From a bacterium (lineage in GTDB: Bacteria > Verrucomicrobiota > Verrucomicrobiia > Limisphaerales > UBA11358): a DNA stretch of 64,000 nt. Made by a program: the position numbers and the translations under genes. The notes under the pieces were generated by a model. That model was not told the DNA's origin and made no database searches. It worked only from the letters and a program-made list of their open reading frames with translations. Location: the NCBI GenBank assembly GCA_021780375.1, contig JAJXYT010000127.1, forward strand, positions 9,524 through 73,523, given 5' to 3'. Of the stretch, positions 1 through 10,700 are shown piece after piece; positions within the stretch are counted from its first letter, which is position 1; each line of letters starts with the position of its first letter.

Positions 1-453
1 CGCCGTGACCGTGCTCAACAGGTTAGGGTGCAGGCTAGGGTTGAAGGGAGTGCCATACCCATTAAATATGCCCGTTCCCAAATCAAGGAGGAAAGGCTGG
101 TACGTATCGGCGATATTCGCGCCATTGAGAATCATGCTGAACGCGCTGAGTACGTTACCGTTGGCGCTCCCCGCCCAATTAAAAGTCTCTCCCCACCCCA
201 CCGCGCCGCCATAACCACCTTGAGCCTGCGCGCCGGCAATGGTTCCACCCGTCCCGGCACCAGGATTGATGGTTTCGAATGACAGGCTGCCGTTTGCCGC
301 GCTGATTGAGGCAGCCGGGAAGTCAGTGGCTGCTCCCACGGTGGAAGTAGTCGTGAAGATGCTGGCGTGAGAAGAGAAGGCGACTGACACACCTGCGACG
401 ACGCCACACATGACTCCGATGGACTTGTTGTATTGCTTCATAGTGATTTTCAT
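1..453 (-). CDS. Secreted hypothetical protein, N-terminal part only (gene runs off the left edge)
   Basis: Minus-strand frame is open from ATG at 453 (alternative ATG at 441) down to position 1. The N-terminus MKITMKQYNKSIGVMCGVVAGVSVAFSSHA looks like a signal peptide. It is absent from the ORF track, presumably because no stop lies inside the window. Confidence 0.5.
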   Translation of the reverse strand, partial: MKITMKQYNKSIGVMCGVVAGVSVAFSSHASIFTTTSTVGAATDFPAASISAANGSLSFETINPGAGTGGTIAGAQAQGGYGGAVGWGETFNWAGSANGNVLSAFSMILNGANIADTYQPFLLDLGTGIFNGYGTPFNPSLHPNLLSTVTA

Positions 454-524
454 AATTTGAATGTTGCTGTTCTGAGTCTCTGAGCTGGTAGAGAGACTAT
501 ACCCTGAATAACAATGTCATTTCT

Positions 525-542
525 ATACGACGAATGTCGTAT
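525..542. promoter_or_regulatory. Operator-like palindrome ATACGAC-N4-GTCGTAT (copy 1)
   Basis: ATACGACgaatGTCGTAT lies 72 nt upstream of the ATG at 453. The same 7+4+7 palindrome occurs at 12726 and 16457. Confidence 0.4.
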
Positions 543-587
543 TTCGCGGAGAAGTCACCCAACCATCACACGGAAATCATTTGTTGT

Positions 588-3299
588 TCAGGGCAAACGA
601 CCTCCAGGCAAGGTCGTTTGGATGGAAACCATGCCAACCTTGAGCCCGTCGGCCTTTGCGGTGAGCGTGATTTTTCCCGCCCTGCCGGGTTCTCCCCGGA
701 CGACGACCAGGCAAAGCCCGTTGAAGGCTTTGCGATCAGGTGATGGAAAGGATTCGAAGTCTGTCGGATCACCGTTGTCTGTCGCTACGATTTCGCCCGA
801 CCCTGTGATTTCAAAATGGATGCGATTGTCCGCGTGCGGAGCCATGACACCATGTTTGTCCATCACGGCGACGGTCACGAACGACAAATCCTTTCCATCC
901 GCGCGAATCGTGTTGCGGTCCGGCTCCAGTTTGAGCGTGGCGGCCGCTCCGGCGGTTTCAACTTCGTCGGTCGCCCACACTTTGCCGTTTCTATAGGCGA
1001 CCACTTTGAGCGTGCCCGGTTGATAAACCACGTCGTCCCAGCGGAGACGATATGCATAAGGCCCTTTCTTTTTTCGGCCAAGCGATTTGCCATTGAGGAA
1101 CAATTCGCCTTCGTCCCCGGAAGTAAAGACATGAACCGGTGTGACTTGCCCGACGCGTTCCGGCCAGGACCAATCCTGCGGCACGATATGGGCCATCGGA
1201 TAATCCGGACGCCAATGCGCTTGATAAAGGTAGAACCGGTCTTTCCTGAAGCCGGCCAGATCAATGAGGCCGTAGTACGAACTGCGCGAAGAATCAAAAG
1301 GTGTCGGTTCTCCAAGATAATCCCAACCGGTCCACACAAACTCCCCGGCGACATACGGATGCTGCTCTTGCGACGCAAACACCTTGTCCGGTGACGAGCC
1401 AAACGGCGTGCAATACAATTCATACGCGCTCACTTGATGTCCGCGTGTGTCTTCGCCGGCATGAGGGCCAACGGGCACGCTGTTGTTGGTCGCCACGGGG
1501 AATAGATACACGCCGCGGCTGCTGAGGGAGGCGGAGGTTTCACTGCCGAAAATGAATTTGTCCGGGAACTGCCTGTGAAAAGCCGGGTACTGTCCTGCCG
1601 CGCCGCGAATTCCGGCGCCCTGGTAATTCAGGCCAATGATATCCAGAACGCCGGGAAGCGGATCGTTGGGATGCGACCAATTCATCGCGCTGGTCTCGGG
1701 TCGGGTGGGATCCTCTTCATGCACGATGCCACCGAGTTGCTGGGCCAGGGCAGCGCCGTTCGTGCCGGTGAATTGCTCGCCAACTTCGTTGCCGATGCTC
1801 CACATAATGACCGACGGGGAATTGCGGTCCCGCCGGATTTGCGCCCGCGTGTCCGGTTCATGCCAGTCATCAAACAACAGATGATAATCATTGGGCGTCT
1901 TGCCGCGCTGCCAACAGTCGAACATTTCATCCATCACGAGGAATCCCATTTTGTCCGCCAATTCCAGCAATTCCGGCGCCGGCGGGTTATGGCTGGTGCG
2001 AAGGGCGTTGCATCCCATGCCGGCCAGCATTTCCAACTGCCGCTGCAACGCGCGATAATTCACCGCCGCACCCAGCGCCCCCAAATCATGGTGATCGCAC
2101 ACGCCGTGCAATTGAATGTGCTGGTTATTGATGAAAAATCCTTCGTTTGGATCGAAGCGGATCGTCCGAATGCCAAAAGGCGTTTCGTAAACATCCACCA
2201 CTTTGTCTCCCTGCGATAAAGTCGTCACCGCTACGTAACGGTTGGGGCGTTGTTGCGGCGGCGGTCCCCAAAGTTTTGGATTGGCGACGGTCCCGTCGCC
2301 TTCCGTGACCGCGCTTGAGCCTGCTGGAATGCTCAAACTCGCCGGTGCCACGGCGGCCACGGCGGCGCCGGTCTTATGACCATTTGCATCCAGCGGAAAA
2401 ATTTGCGTGGACACGCTGACGTTCGCTTCTTGCTTTGAATCGTTGTCCACCGTCACCTTCAAATCAACGCTGGCGGACGAGGAAGAAACCGCCGGCGTCG
2501 TGATGCAAGTCCCCCAGTGTCCCACGTGTACAGGCAGGGTTTTGACCAGCCACACGTTGCGATAAATTCCGGCGCCGGGATACCAACGCGACGAATTCGG
2601 CGGATTGTCCAGCCGGATGGCCAACTCGTTCGCGCCGCCCGGCTTCGCGTAAGGAGTCAGGTCCACGCGCCACGACGCATAACCATAAGGCCAGCCACCT
2701 GCCAATCGGCCGTTCAACCAAACCACCGCGCAGGACATCGCGCCATCCATATCGAGGAATATGGTCTTGCCGGAATCGATCGCCGGAATGTCCAGCTTTT
2801 TTCGATACCACCCCACGCCGGCCGTCGGCAAGCGGCCCATGCCGCCGCCGCCGGAGTGGGTGAACGGTCCGGCGATGGCCCAGTCGTGCGGCAGGTTTAC
2901 CTTTTGCCACGAGCTATCCTCAAAACCCGGCTGGACATATGCGATGTCGGCGCCGGGATTTCCCGGAGGCCGGATAAATCTACGGGACGGATTTTTTATG
3001 AAATCGCTGCTCGTGGGCAGAATCCATGGCTTGAGCACCAAAAGCGGCCTGGTTGCCGGCTCGTTCGTACGGGCCTCATAAACCACGTTCACGGCGCAGT
3101 TGGCCGGGTCTCCTTTCGTAAACCGCCAGTTGTCATTGAGGGAAATTCGTTCGCGCGGCGAATCGGATGCGATGGCCAATCCCGCACTGGCAATGAACAA
3201 AACGACCGGGTAAAGATATTTAAACCCTCTGAGATTTTGTTGAAGGGCCGTGCTGCTTCGGTTCGCCAAAATACCCGGGGATGACTTTTTGAAAATCAT
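588..3299 (-). CDS. Glycoside hydrolase family 2 (beta-galactosidase/beta-glucuronidase-like)
   Basis: 903-aa ORF with a hydrophobic N-terminal signal-like segment. GH2-like TIM-barrel segments are present (HNPPAPELLELADKMGFLVMDE, WSIGNEVGEQ). The length and multi-domain layout are typical of GH2. Confidence 0.85.
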   Translation of the reverse strand: MIFKKSSPGILANRSSTALQQNLRGFKYLYPVVLFIASAGLAIASDSPRERISLNDNWRFTKGDPANCAVNVVYEARTNEPATRPLLVLKPWILPTSSDFIKNPSRRFIRPPGNPGADIAYVQPGFEDSSWQKVNLPHDWAIAGPFTHSGGGGMGRLPTAGVGWYRKKLDIPAIDSGKTIFLDMDGAMSCAVVWLNGRLAGGWPYGYASWRVDLTPYAKPGGANELAIRLDNPPNSSRWYPGAGIYRNVWLVKTLPVHVGHWGTCITTPAVSSSSASVDLKVTVDNDSKQEANVSVSTQIFPLDANGHKTGAAVAAVAPASLSIPAGSSAVTEGDGTVANPKLWGPPPQQRPNRYVAVTTLSQGDKVVDVYETPFGIRTIRFDPNEGFFINNQHIQLHGVCDHHDLGALGAAVNYRALQRQLEMLAGMGCNALRTSHNPPAPELLELADKMGFLVMDEMFDCWQRGKTPNDYHLLFDDWHEPDTRAQIRRDRNSPSVIMWSIGNEVGEQFTGTNGAALAQQLGGIVHEEDPTRPETSAMNWSHPNDPLPGVLDIIGLNYQGAGIRGAAGQYPAFHRQFPDKFIFGSETSASLSSRGVYLFPVATNNSVPVGPHAGEDTRGHQVSAYELYCTPFGSSPDKVFASQEQHPYVAGEFVWTGWDYLGEPTPFDSSRSSYYGLIDLAGFRKDRFYLYQAHWRPDYPMAHIVPQDWSWPERVGQVTPVHVFTSGDEGELFLNGKSLGRKKKGPYAYRLRWDDVVYQPGTLKVVAYRNGKVWATDEVETAGAAATLKLEPDRNTIRADGKDLSFVTVAVMDKHGVMAPHADNRIHFEITGSGEIVATDNGDPTDFESFPSPDRKAFNGLCLVVVRGEPGRAGKITLTAKADGLKVGMVSIQTTLPGGRLP

Positions 3300-3317
3300 T
3301 GAGGTGCGCCGGGCGTC

Positions 3318-4553
3318 TTACTGAGAGAACAAATTCAAATCAATCGCATCGGCCATGGCGTGATAGCCGGTCGGATTCAAATGCAGATGATCGCCGCTGT
3401 CGTAAGCCGACAGCAGATTGGTAAGCGTCACCGGGTCGCGCACGACAGCGTCGAAGTCTATCACCCCGTCATACAGGGTGTTGGTGCGAATCCAGGTATT
3501 GACTGTCTCCCGCGCAGCCTCATGCGCCGTGGTGTAATAACCGTTGCCGCCGAACGGGGTAATGGTCGCGCCATACACGAGGATGTTATGCGCATGAGCC
3601 CTGGTGGCAAACTGCTGGTAGGCGGTGATCAGGCTGGCGGCGCTCGTTCCGCCGCCGATATCGTTGACGCCGATGAACATAATCAGCCACCGCACGGCGC
3701 TCTGGTTGATGACATCGCGATCAAACCGATTTAACCCCGCCGGGCCGAGGCCGCCGTAAACGCCGCCGCCACCGATGCCCATATTGTCCACCGCTACCAA
3801 GGCCGTGAGGGCGTTGGTGTTCAGCCGCGCGGCCAGATCATCCGGCCAGCGGTCGTTGCCATCGGTGTCGGAACCGCGACCATCGGTAATCGAATCTCCG
3901 AAGGTAATGAGGGCATGACTGGAGTCATCGACCAACACGTCAACACCGGTAATAATGTACCAATGTTGGGTCGTCGAAGCTGATGGCAGGCTCGCCGTGC
4001 CGACGACGTTGCCGGACTGAATGTAAGAGGTGGTCCGAGACCCCGGATGCCCATTAATGGTTGTCGCCGAGATATTGCCGAAATAAATGGTGATGGCCAG
4101 ATTCGTCAGCGCCGGAAGGTTGTAATCCAGGGGATCGGAAAACAACGCTTCGCCGGGCGGGATGGTAATCGAAGGCGCGCCGTGAAACGTGAGTGCCTTG
4201 TCGGTGGCGGTGTTGATGACTCCGTTGGCCGCGCTGCCGGTCCCGGCGGCCAGCGCTACGTGAACTGAATTCAGGACCACCGGGTCGGTTCCATAAGCAT
4301 TGGAAAACCGAATGCGCAGATGAGTTCCGCCAATGGTCAAGTGCACGAACTGGCGGAGCGTGCTGTTGGCCAGGGGCACAGGAGGCAGGTTCCCCGGTTC
4401 GGTCAACTGCGGTCCGCAACCCCAGGTGGTTACCCAATGACCCTGACCGGCAATCAATTTTGCCGGAGCGCAACAAAGGGACAGTGCAAACAAAACGCCA
4501 ACCGTCCTGCACCGGGGAATTCGCGATAGCAACAGGTTGGTCCAGTTATTCAT
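3318..4553 (-). CDS. SGNH/GDSL-family hydrolase (carbohydrate esterase-like) with an N-terminal accessory domain
   Basis: SGNH blocks are present: FGDSITDGRGS (block I), GVNDIG (block III) and DHLHLNPTGY (block V). The signal peptide is MNNWTNLLLS...CCAPAKLIAG. Start is taken at 4553 (alternative 4565); the track start at 4652 would overlap the upstream gene. Confidence 0.8.
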   Translation of the reverse strand: MNNWTNLLLSRIPRCRTVGVLFALSLCCAPAKLIAGQGHWVTTWGCGPQLTEPGNLPPVPLANSTLRQFVHLTIGGTHLRIRFSNAYGTDPVVLNSVHVALAAGTGSAANGVINTATDKALTFHGAPSITIPPGEALFSDPLDYNLPALTNLAITIYFGNISATTINGHPGSRTTSYIQSGNVVGTASLPSASTTQHWYIITGVDVLVDDSSHALITFGDSITDGRGSDTDGNDRWPDDLAARLNTNALTALVAVDNMGIGGGGVYGGLGPAGLNRFDRDVINQSAVRWLIMFIGVNDIGGGTSAASLITAYQQFATRAHAHNILVYGATITPFGGNGYYTTAHEAARETVNTWIRTNTLYDGVIDFDAVVRDPVTLTNLLSAYDSGDHLHLNPTGYHAMADAIDLNLFSQ

Positions 4554-6624
4554 TTTGAGGTGCATAAGAACGATAAAACCGCACGGGATTGGTGGCGTTG
4601 GTTTCGGTGAATTGCCATGCGCCGGCGGCATTGGCTGCGTTGGTGGACACATTCTGCCAGGAGGCAGTGGAGGTTAATGTGCCGGCGGCTTGAATAATAT
4701 TCGTAGAGCCCGGGCCGCCGAGGAAATACATGGTTACGCTTCCATCCGGATTATGAACGATGTTGGTAATCAACGCCGGCGGATAAGGAATGGCCACGCC
4801 GAACACGGTTCCCTCTCCGCCGGGTCCGCCGCTGAACGTCGTGCCGTACAATGAATTTCCCAACGGCAACACTCCGGCCACCGGCAGCGCGCCATCCCGG
4901 TTGGTGCCGGTGATCGGATCCATCGCGGTAAAGGCGTGGATTATTTGGAATTGCGTGCCGTTGGTGCTCACGGAGAAAACCGTTCCACTGGCATTGGCGC
5001 CGCCGGCGGACGCCGTTCCGAAAAGATGACCACCCGAAAATGCCAGGGGCGCGCAGGGCGAAGCCCCGTCCGAGTTGGTTCCCGCCAACGGATCGGGTGC
5101 AGAAAAGTTGTAAAGCACCGTGAATCCAGTTCCACTGGCGCCGATGGAAAAAATGACACCATTGCCGCCTGTTCCGCCGGCCAGGGTGGTTCCATACAGC
5201 ACGCCGTCGGACAGAACCAGACCGCTGGCAGGGAACGCGCCGTCGGTATTGGTGGCCGTAACCGGATCCAGAGGCGTGAAGTTGTGAAGGACCGTGAAAT
5301 TGTTGTCGCTGGTGTTGACGGAAAACACAACCCCGTTGCCGCCCGAGCCGCCGGCGGAGGCGGTCCCATAAAGCAGGTTGCCGGAGGAAATCAAACCTCC
5401 GGTCGGCAGGGCGCCGTCGGTGTTGGTGCCGGTGTTCGAGTCCAGCTCATTGAAGTCATGCAGGACGGCAAAAGTGGAACCGTTGGTGGACAGGGAAAAC
5501 ACCGTGCCGTTGCCGGCCGCGCCGCCGGCGGTGGTCGTTCCATAAAGGGTGTTGCCGGACAACGCCAACAGCGCGTTGGGGCTGGCGCCGCCGGCATTGG
5601 TGGCTTCGTCTGCGGAGACGGCGGCAAAACTCCGAAGGACGGAAATGCCGCCGTTGGTGTTTCCCAGAAAGATCGAACCCACCCCGTTGTTTCCGCCACC
5701 CAGACTGGTTCCGAAAAAGCCGTTGCCTGAAAGCGCCAGGTTGCCCTCCGGGTTGCCGCCGTCGGGAGCATTGGCAAAAGAATGGAAGGCATTAAAGTTT
5801 GTGCCATCCAGGCTCACATAAAAAGCCGTGCCACCTCCCTGCACGCCGCCGTCGAAGGTGGTTCCCATCAAAACGCCGCCGGAGTACGCGAGGCCGAAGG
5901 CAGGATTCGCGCCATCCAGGTTGAGACCATTGCTGACCGAACTGAACCGATGAATCGCGATGCCATCCGGCCCAAAGAAAGTGTTCGTGTTTGGATTGGT
6001 GGGCGCGGGAAGCGTTGCGGTGTCCAGGTTCGACACCGTGAAAGCGGTTCCCAGCGTGCCAAAGGCAAATTTGTCCAGGTCCAAACCGTTTTCGCGCGCG
6101 CCGATTTGAAAGGTTTGGACTAAACTGCCTGCGCTGACCGTGAAACTGACATTGCCGGCGAACTCCGAAAGGTTGATCCATTTCCAAACCAGGTCACCCG
6201 CGGTGCCCGCGCCGTTGACCACATCACTCGGGGCGGTGTAACCGACGCCGGCCAGTCCGTTCACGAAAATCCAATCCGAATTATTCGCAGGGTTTTTCGC
6301 CCCGAACCCGTTGCCATAAAACAAGCTATCATCGTTATACCCGCCCGGACCCACCAGAACACGCGCGTAAAGCTGATAGGTTCCGGCCGATGGAAATGTG
6401 ACCGTGTAAGTCGCCACCCGCGCGGCGCTGATGGGATTATATCCCGCGTCGTCGGTCAAAATGGTGATATAGGTTGGCGCGCTGTTGCTGACGGCCCAGT
6501 CCGAGCCGAGCGCGCCGGATTCCGCCTCAAAAGTAACGATGTCGTCCGCTCGGGAGAGAATCGAGCCGGCCGACAGGATAGCCGTCGCAGCAATGAAGAT
6601 CATTGAAGATCGGCGCAGTTTCAT
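4546..6624 (-). CDS. Secreted protein: CBM-like N-terminal domain, Gloeo_Verruco (GloVer) tandem repeats and a C-terminal FYR-ending domain
   Basis: Tandem ~50-aa repeats of the form GG..G.GTVF......G..F..LH.F match the TIGR03803-type GloVer repeat from memory. The signal peptide MKLRRSSMIFIAATAILSAGSILSRA fixes the start at 6624. The N-terminal ~160 aa are paralogous to residues ~473-633 of the GH43/GH30 protein. Confidence 0.8.
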   Translation of the reverse strand: MKLRRSSMIFIAATAILSAGSILSRADDIVTFEAESGALGSDWAVSNSAPTYITILTDDAGYNPISAARVATYTVTFPSAGTYQLYARVLVGPGGYNDDSLFYGNGFGAKNPANNSDWIFVNGLAGVGYTAPSDVVNGAGTAGDLVWKWINLSEFAGNVSFTVSAGSLVQTFQIGARENGLDLDKFAFGTLGTAFTVSNLDTATLPAPTNPNTNTFFGPDGIAIHRFSSVSNGLNLDGANPAFGLAYSGGVLMGTTFDGGVQGGGTAFYVSLDGTNFNAFHSFANAPDGGNPEGNLALSGNGFFGTSLGGGNNGVGSIFLGNTNGGISVLRSFAAVSADEATNAGGASPNALLALSGNTLYGTTTAGGAAGNGTVFSLSTNGSTFAVLHDFNELDSNTGTNTDGALPTGGLISSGNLLYGTASAGGSGGNGVVFSVNTSDNNFTVLHNFTPLDPVTATNTDGAFPASGLVLSDGVLYGTTLAGGTGGNGVIFSIGASGTGFTVLYNFSAPDPLAGTNSDGASPCAPLAFSGGHLFGTASAGGANASGTVFSVSTNGTQFQIIHAFTAMDPITGTNRDGALPVAGVLPLGNSLYGTTFSGGPGGEGTVFGVAIPYPPALITNIVHNPDGSVTMYFLGGPGSTNIIQAAGTLTSTASWQNVSTNAANAAGAWQFTETNATNPVRFYRSYAPQNE

Positions 6625-6798
6625 TTGTATGATTCTTTGCATTAACCGGCACAGAAAATTCAATCCGCGGAGCGTCAAAACCGACACAACACAACCAACC
6701 GATGGATAATCGTTCAACTTTTCAGGCAAGTAACCGCACCAAGAGGACTCAAAATGCACGACCTGCCTTTTTCCAAAAAAAGCCTTGCGATATATTCT

Positions 6799-7653
6799 TC
6801 AATTGCTCCACGTAGACTTTTGGGCGGACAAAGCTTTCAATTGTAACGAGGTAATGGGCACAGGTGCAGACTGCAGATCATCCAATCTCTGCCACCAAAA
6901 CCAGTCACGTTCGTGGACACCTTGGTAGGTGTGAAAGGCATACATGTCGGCAAAGTTAATCCATTTTGCTGAACCGTCGGCAAACACTTCGTTTCCGCCG
7001 GCAGGAATGTGTCCGCTGTCCGTGTGCGGCGGAATGTTATCCCAATACGGTTGTCCCTCGGTTGTGTCAGTCATCTGTCCCCAGTACGCGCCTGGGCCGG
7101 GGCCGCCTCTTACGTTCGCATCGGCAGCCAAACACCAATAAGGTTTCGAGGTGCCCAATTTGATTGGGCTGTGCCCGGTCACATTCTTGTTGTAGAGGGG
7201 AATATGCCAATTGGTCATGCACCCGAAATATTCATATCCGATGACCCATTGGGCTGCATTCGCCCCGTTTGCCGGAGTAAAGGTCGGAAGACGTCCAATG
7301 GTGCCGATCCGACTTGGACAAGTCCACACCGACGGTTTGTAATTGAGGCCCAATCCCACCGATTTTACGCCGTTGGACGCCCCTACCTCCAAAGCATTGG
7401 GCACATAAACTCCGCCTGTGTTTTTACAGGGAATCACAAGGTCGTGATTGTCTCCGGCATAAGCTGTCATACCGAGGGCGATTTGCCTCATGTTACTGGC
7501 GCAGGCAACGCGTCTGGCCCTTTCTTTCGCGCTCGCCAGAGCCGGAAGCAACATGGCAGCCAGGATGGCGATGATAGCGATAACAACCAATAGTTCAATC
7601 AAGGTAAATGCGCTCGTCTTTTCTTTGATTACTTTGTTTCGAGCTTTCATCAT
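6799..7653 (-). CDS. Prepilin-type N-terminal cleavage/methylation domain protein (DUF1559-like pseudopilin)
   Basis: The N-terminus [24 protein letters not shown] is a class III signal. The C-terminal [18 protein letters not shown] is an H-X9-DG-like motif typical of PVC pseudopilin-like proteins. Confidence 0.85.
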   Translation of the reverse strand: MMKARNKVIKEKTSAFTLIELLVVIAIIAILAAMLLPALASAKERARRVACASNMRQIALGMTAYAGDNHDLVIPCKNTGGVYVPNALEVGASNGVKSVGLGLNYKPSVWTCPSRIGTIGRLPTFTPANGANAAQWVIGYEYFGCMTNWHIPLYNKNVTGHSPIKLGTSKPYWCLAADANVRGGPGPGAYWGQMTDTTEGQPYWDNIPPHTDSGHIPAGGNEVFADGSAKWINFADMYAFHTYQGVHERDWFWWQRLDDLQSAPVPITSLQLKALSAQKSTWSN

Positions 7654-7674
7654 ATATCAAATTACACTTTGATC

Positions 7675-7709
7675 GCAGGAGCAACAGGCCCAATGCCTGC
7701 CACTCCTGC
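7675..7709 (-). terminator. GC-rich intercistronic hairpin (possible terminator or attenuator)
   Basis: GCAGGAGcaacaggcccaatgcctgccaCTCCTGC lies between the stop of the 1626-aa gene (7733) and the pseudopilin start (7653). No clear U-run follows it. Confidence 0.3.
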
Positions 7710-7732
7710 TTGATTCCACTTTTTTCAAACTG

Positions 7733-10700
7733 TCACTGCCGCAGGCGGTAAAATACCGCCCCATTGGTGCTGGTAATCGTCATGACACTCTGGGTCGAAG
7801 AGCTGCTGCCGGCCACATCAACCCAGTTGGTCCAAAGCCCCCTGGCCAGCGTGTTGGTTTGGGCCTGCAAGGTATAACCCAGGTAGGCCGACGGCCATGA
7901 TAGCGTCAATTGGTTTCCCGAAACCGACAAGCTGATGGGCGGATTCGACGGAGCCGCCGCCACCACGGTGGCAATCCCGGTGGCCGGATTAAAGTTCCAA
8001 GCCAGGCCGGCGCCCGGCGAACCGCTGAGGGTGGCAAAATTGCCGCTATAGTGTGCGTTGTTGAACAGCTTGAATGAGGCTCCATTCGTCAACGGCGCTA
8101 TCCCGCTGTTGGCAAGCTGCAGTGTGCCCGCATAACTGTTGGTTCCGACGACATTGATCAGGTCATTGGACACGCCGTTATCCAGGCTCACATCCATGGC
8201 CACAGTGCTGCCGAACGACAGGGCCAGGTTATTGCTGAAGGTCATGTATTGGACATTGCCGCCGCCGCCGGGACTGATGGTGGCACCGTTGTTCGCAACC
8301 ACATTGCCTTTGACATACGAACCGTTGTCGCCGCGCAGCGTCTGTCCACTGCCGAGGGTCAAGGTGCCATCCGTGCGACCACTGGCGTCCAAAGCGCCCG
8401 GGAACGCCTGGTTCGTGGTGATGCCCTGCAACGTAATGTTGAGTGAATTGTTGATGGAACCATTGCCCACCAGGCGCAAGACCGAGCCGGGACCGCTGCC
8501 ACAATCGACCACAATCGTGTCGCCGCTGTAAGTGTTGGCGGCTGCGAAGGTGACGTAACTTTGATATTGCACGGTCACGCCGCCCGCACCGGTAAGGACA
8601 TTGCTGAAAATCATCCCGTGGTAGAAGTTCGCATTCAAATTCACATTGCCGCCGATCAGCGTCACGGGACTGTTGAACACGTTGGTCGTGATGTTATATC
8701 CGTAGAGGGTCGAGTTGTTGCTGCACATCAGCGGCCGGACGCAGGCTGCGGCCGGGGTTCCCCAGGCGAATCCGGCGCCACTGCCGACCAGGATATTCTT
8801 GGTGGGATCACCCAGGCCCAGCGCCGATGAGGACTCGTAGCTGAAGATGCCTCCCAGGATGTCAATGGGGCCAAAGTTCGTGCTGACGGTTGCGACATAA
8901 CGCAGGCGGAATTGTCCGGTGCCTAATTTGGTCAAAGTGTAGGCGCTGCTCTGCGAATTCATTTGCGGCGTGCCGCCGTGACGAATGTTGATGTCACCGA
9001 CACCGCCAACGGTGGCATCGCCGGTCAGCGTCACATAACCGGGATCGGCGTTGTCATTGTTATTGGTGGAGCTGTTGACCAGCGCCCCATTGCCGCCGAC
9101 ACCGGAGCCGCTTAAGAGAACGTTGTAACCTGGCGGGCCATATTGTTGATAGTTCGGCACTTCCACGCCATTGATGTCCAATGTGCCGCCGTTGGCGACC
9201 GTCACATTGCCGAGGTTATTGTTCAATGCACCGCCACCATAAGGATAGCCATAGTTTTGGTCCGCCAGTTTTATGGTGCCGCCATTGATGTAGGTGCCGC
9301 CGATGAACGTGTTGTTCGTGCAGGCGATAGTCAGCGTGCCGGAACCATTCTTGACCAGGGTCCCGCTTCCGGTGATACCTGCTCCCACCGAGTTGGTCCA
9401 ATAATAGTTGTTTGTCGAGTTGACCGTAACGCCGCCGGGTTGGACTATTTGCGCAACAATCACGTTGTAACTGGTGGCGGTGTCGCCAAACACAACCGTC
9501 TGTCCGTCAGCATACGTCGTTGCCGAGGAGGAAGCCGGATCGTACCAGTTTTGCGTGCCGATGTCCCAAGCCGTTGAATTGGCTCCAGTCCACTGGATGC
9601 CGGCAGCCGTTACGTTCAGGTCAATCGTGTGATTGCCGGTGTTATTGACCAGGGTGGCGGTGACACCCGCAGGCAATGTTCCCAACTGAAGGCCGCCAAA
9701 GCCGCTTCCGCCAATGGTTCCGTCATATTTAATCAAGGGGAACTGGCCAATGGAATAACCGGCGCGCGGCGGGAGAATCACGCCGGCATTGATCGTCAGG
9801 TTTGTGGCATAAATTACCGGACTGGACGGCATGAAAGCCAGACGGGTAAAACCGATATTACCCGCGTAACCCAGGAGCGGGTCGTTTCCGATATGCAGCG
9901 TAAGGCTCGTCATGGAAAGCGTCGAATGGCCCGGGGCGACCGCGACATCCAAGGTGCCGGCGTCAGAAACGTCGTAACTGCCGCCGCCCTGGCTGGCGGT
10001 GGAGGTATAGAGCCAGATCAGGTTGGTAACGATCGTGGGACCGCCGTAGGTGTTGATTCCATTCAGGTAAACCACATTCCCGCCGTAAACCTCCGGGCTC
10101 GCACTGCCCAGCGCAATGAGGTCGCCGCCGATCGCCGTGATCCCTCCCGCCCCGCTGATATTTCCGTTCAACGTAATCTTCCCGAAGGAATCCTGGTTGT
10201 TGAATTGATTGGACGCAACGTACGAGACATTGGAGAAGGTCAGCGTGCTGTTGAGCGTGACGGGGCCGTTGTAGATGTCGGCATCAGGATGATTATACGG
10301 CGTGCGGTAATTGATGATCATGCCCGAACCGCCCACAATGATCGGATTATAAAAGGTCAGGCCTTGGTAGCCATTCAGCGGATTCCAGGTGTCAATAAAT
10401 CCGCCATTGGTCAAAGTAATGGTGGCCGTGGAGCCGGCCGCATCCGCATGGTCCCAGAACAGCACGCCGCCACCGGAAATCACCAGGCCGCCCAAGGGAC
10501 TTGCCGCTGCATGTTTCAAGTAGAGATAATTGGTCCCGATTTTTGTCAAAGTATGTCCATTCCCCACAATGCCCGAGCCCGTGTTACCAATTTGCCAGTT
10601 TGCGCTGGCGCTGATAGTCGCGTCGCCGGTCAAGGCAACGGTGCCGATGCCGGTGTCTCCGCCCCCGGAGGTCAAACCGCCACCAACGTTGTCAATGGCG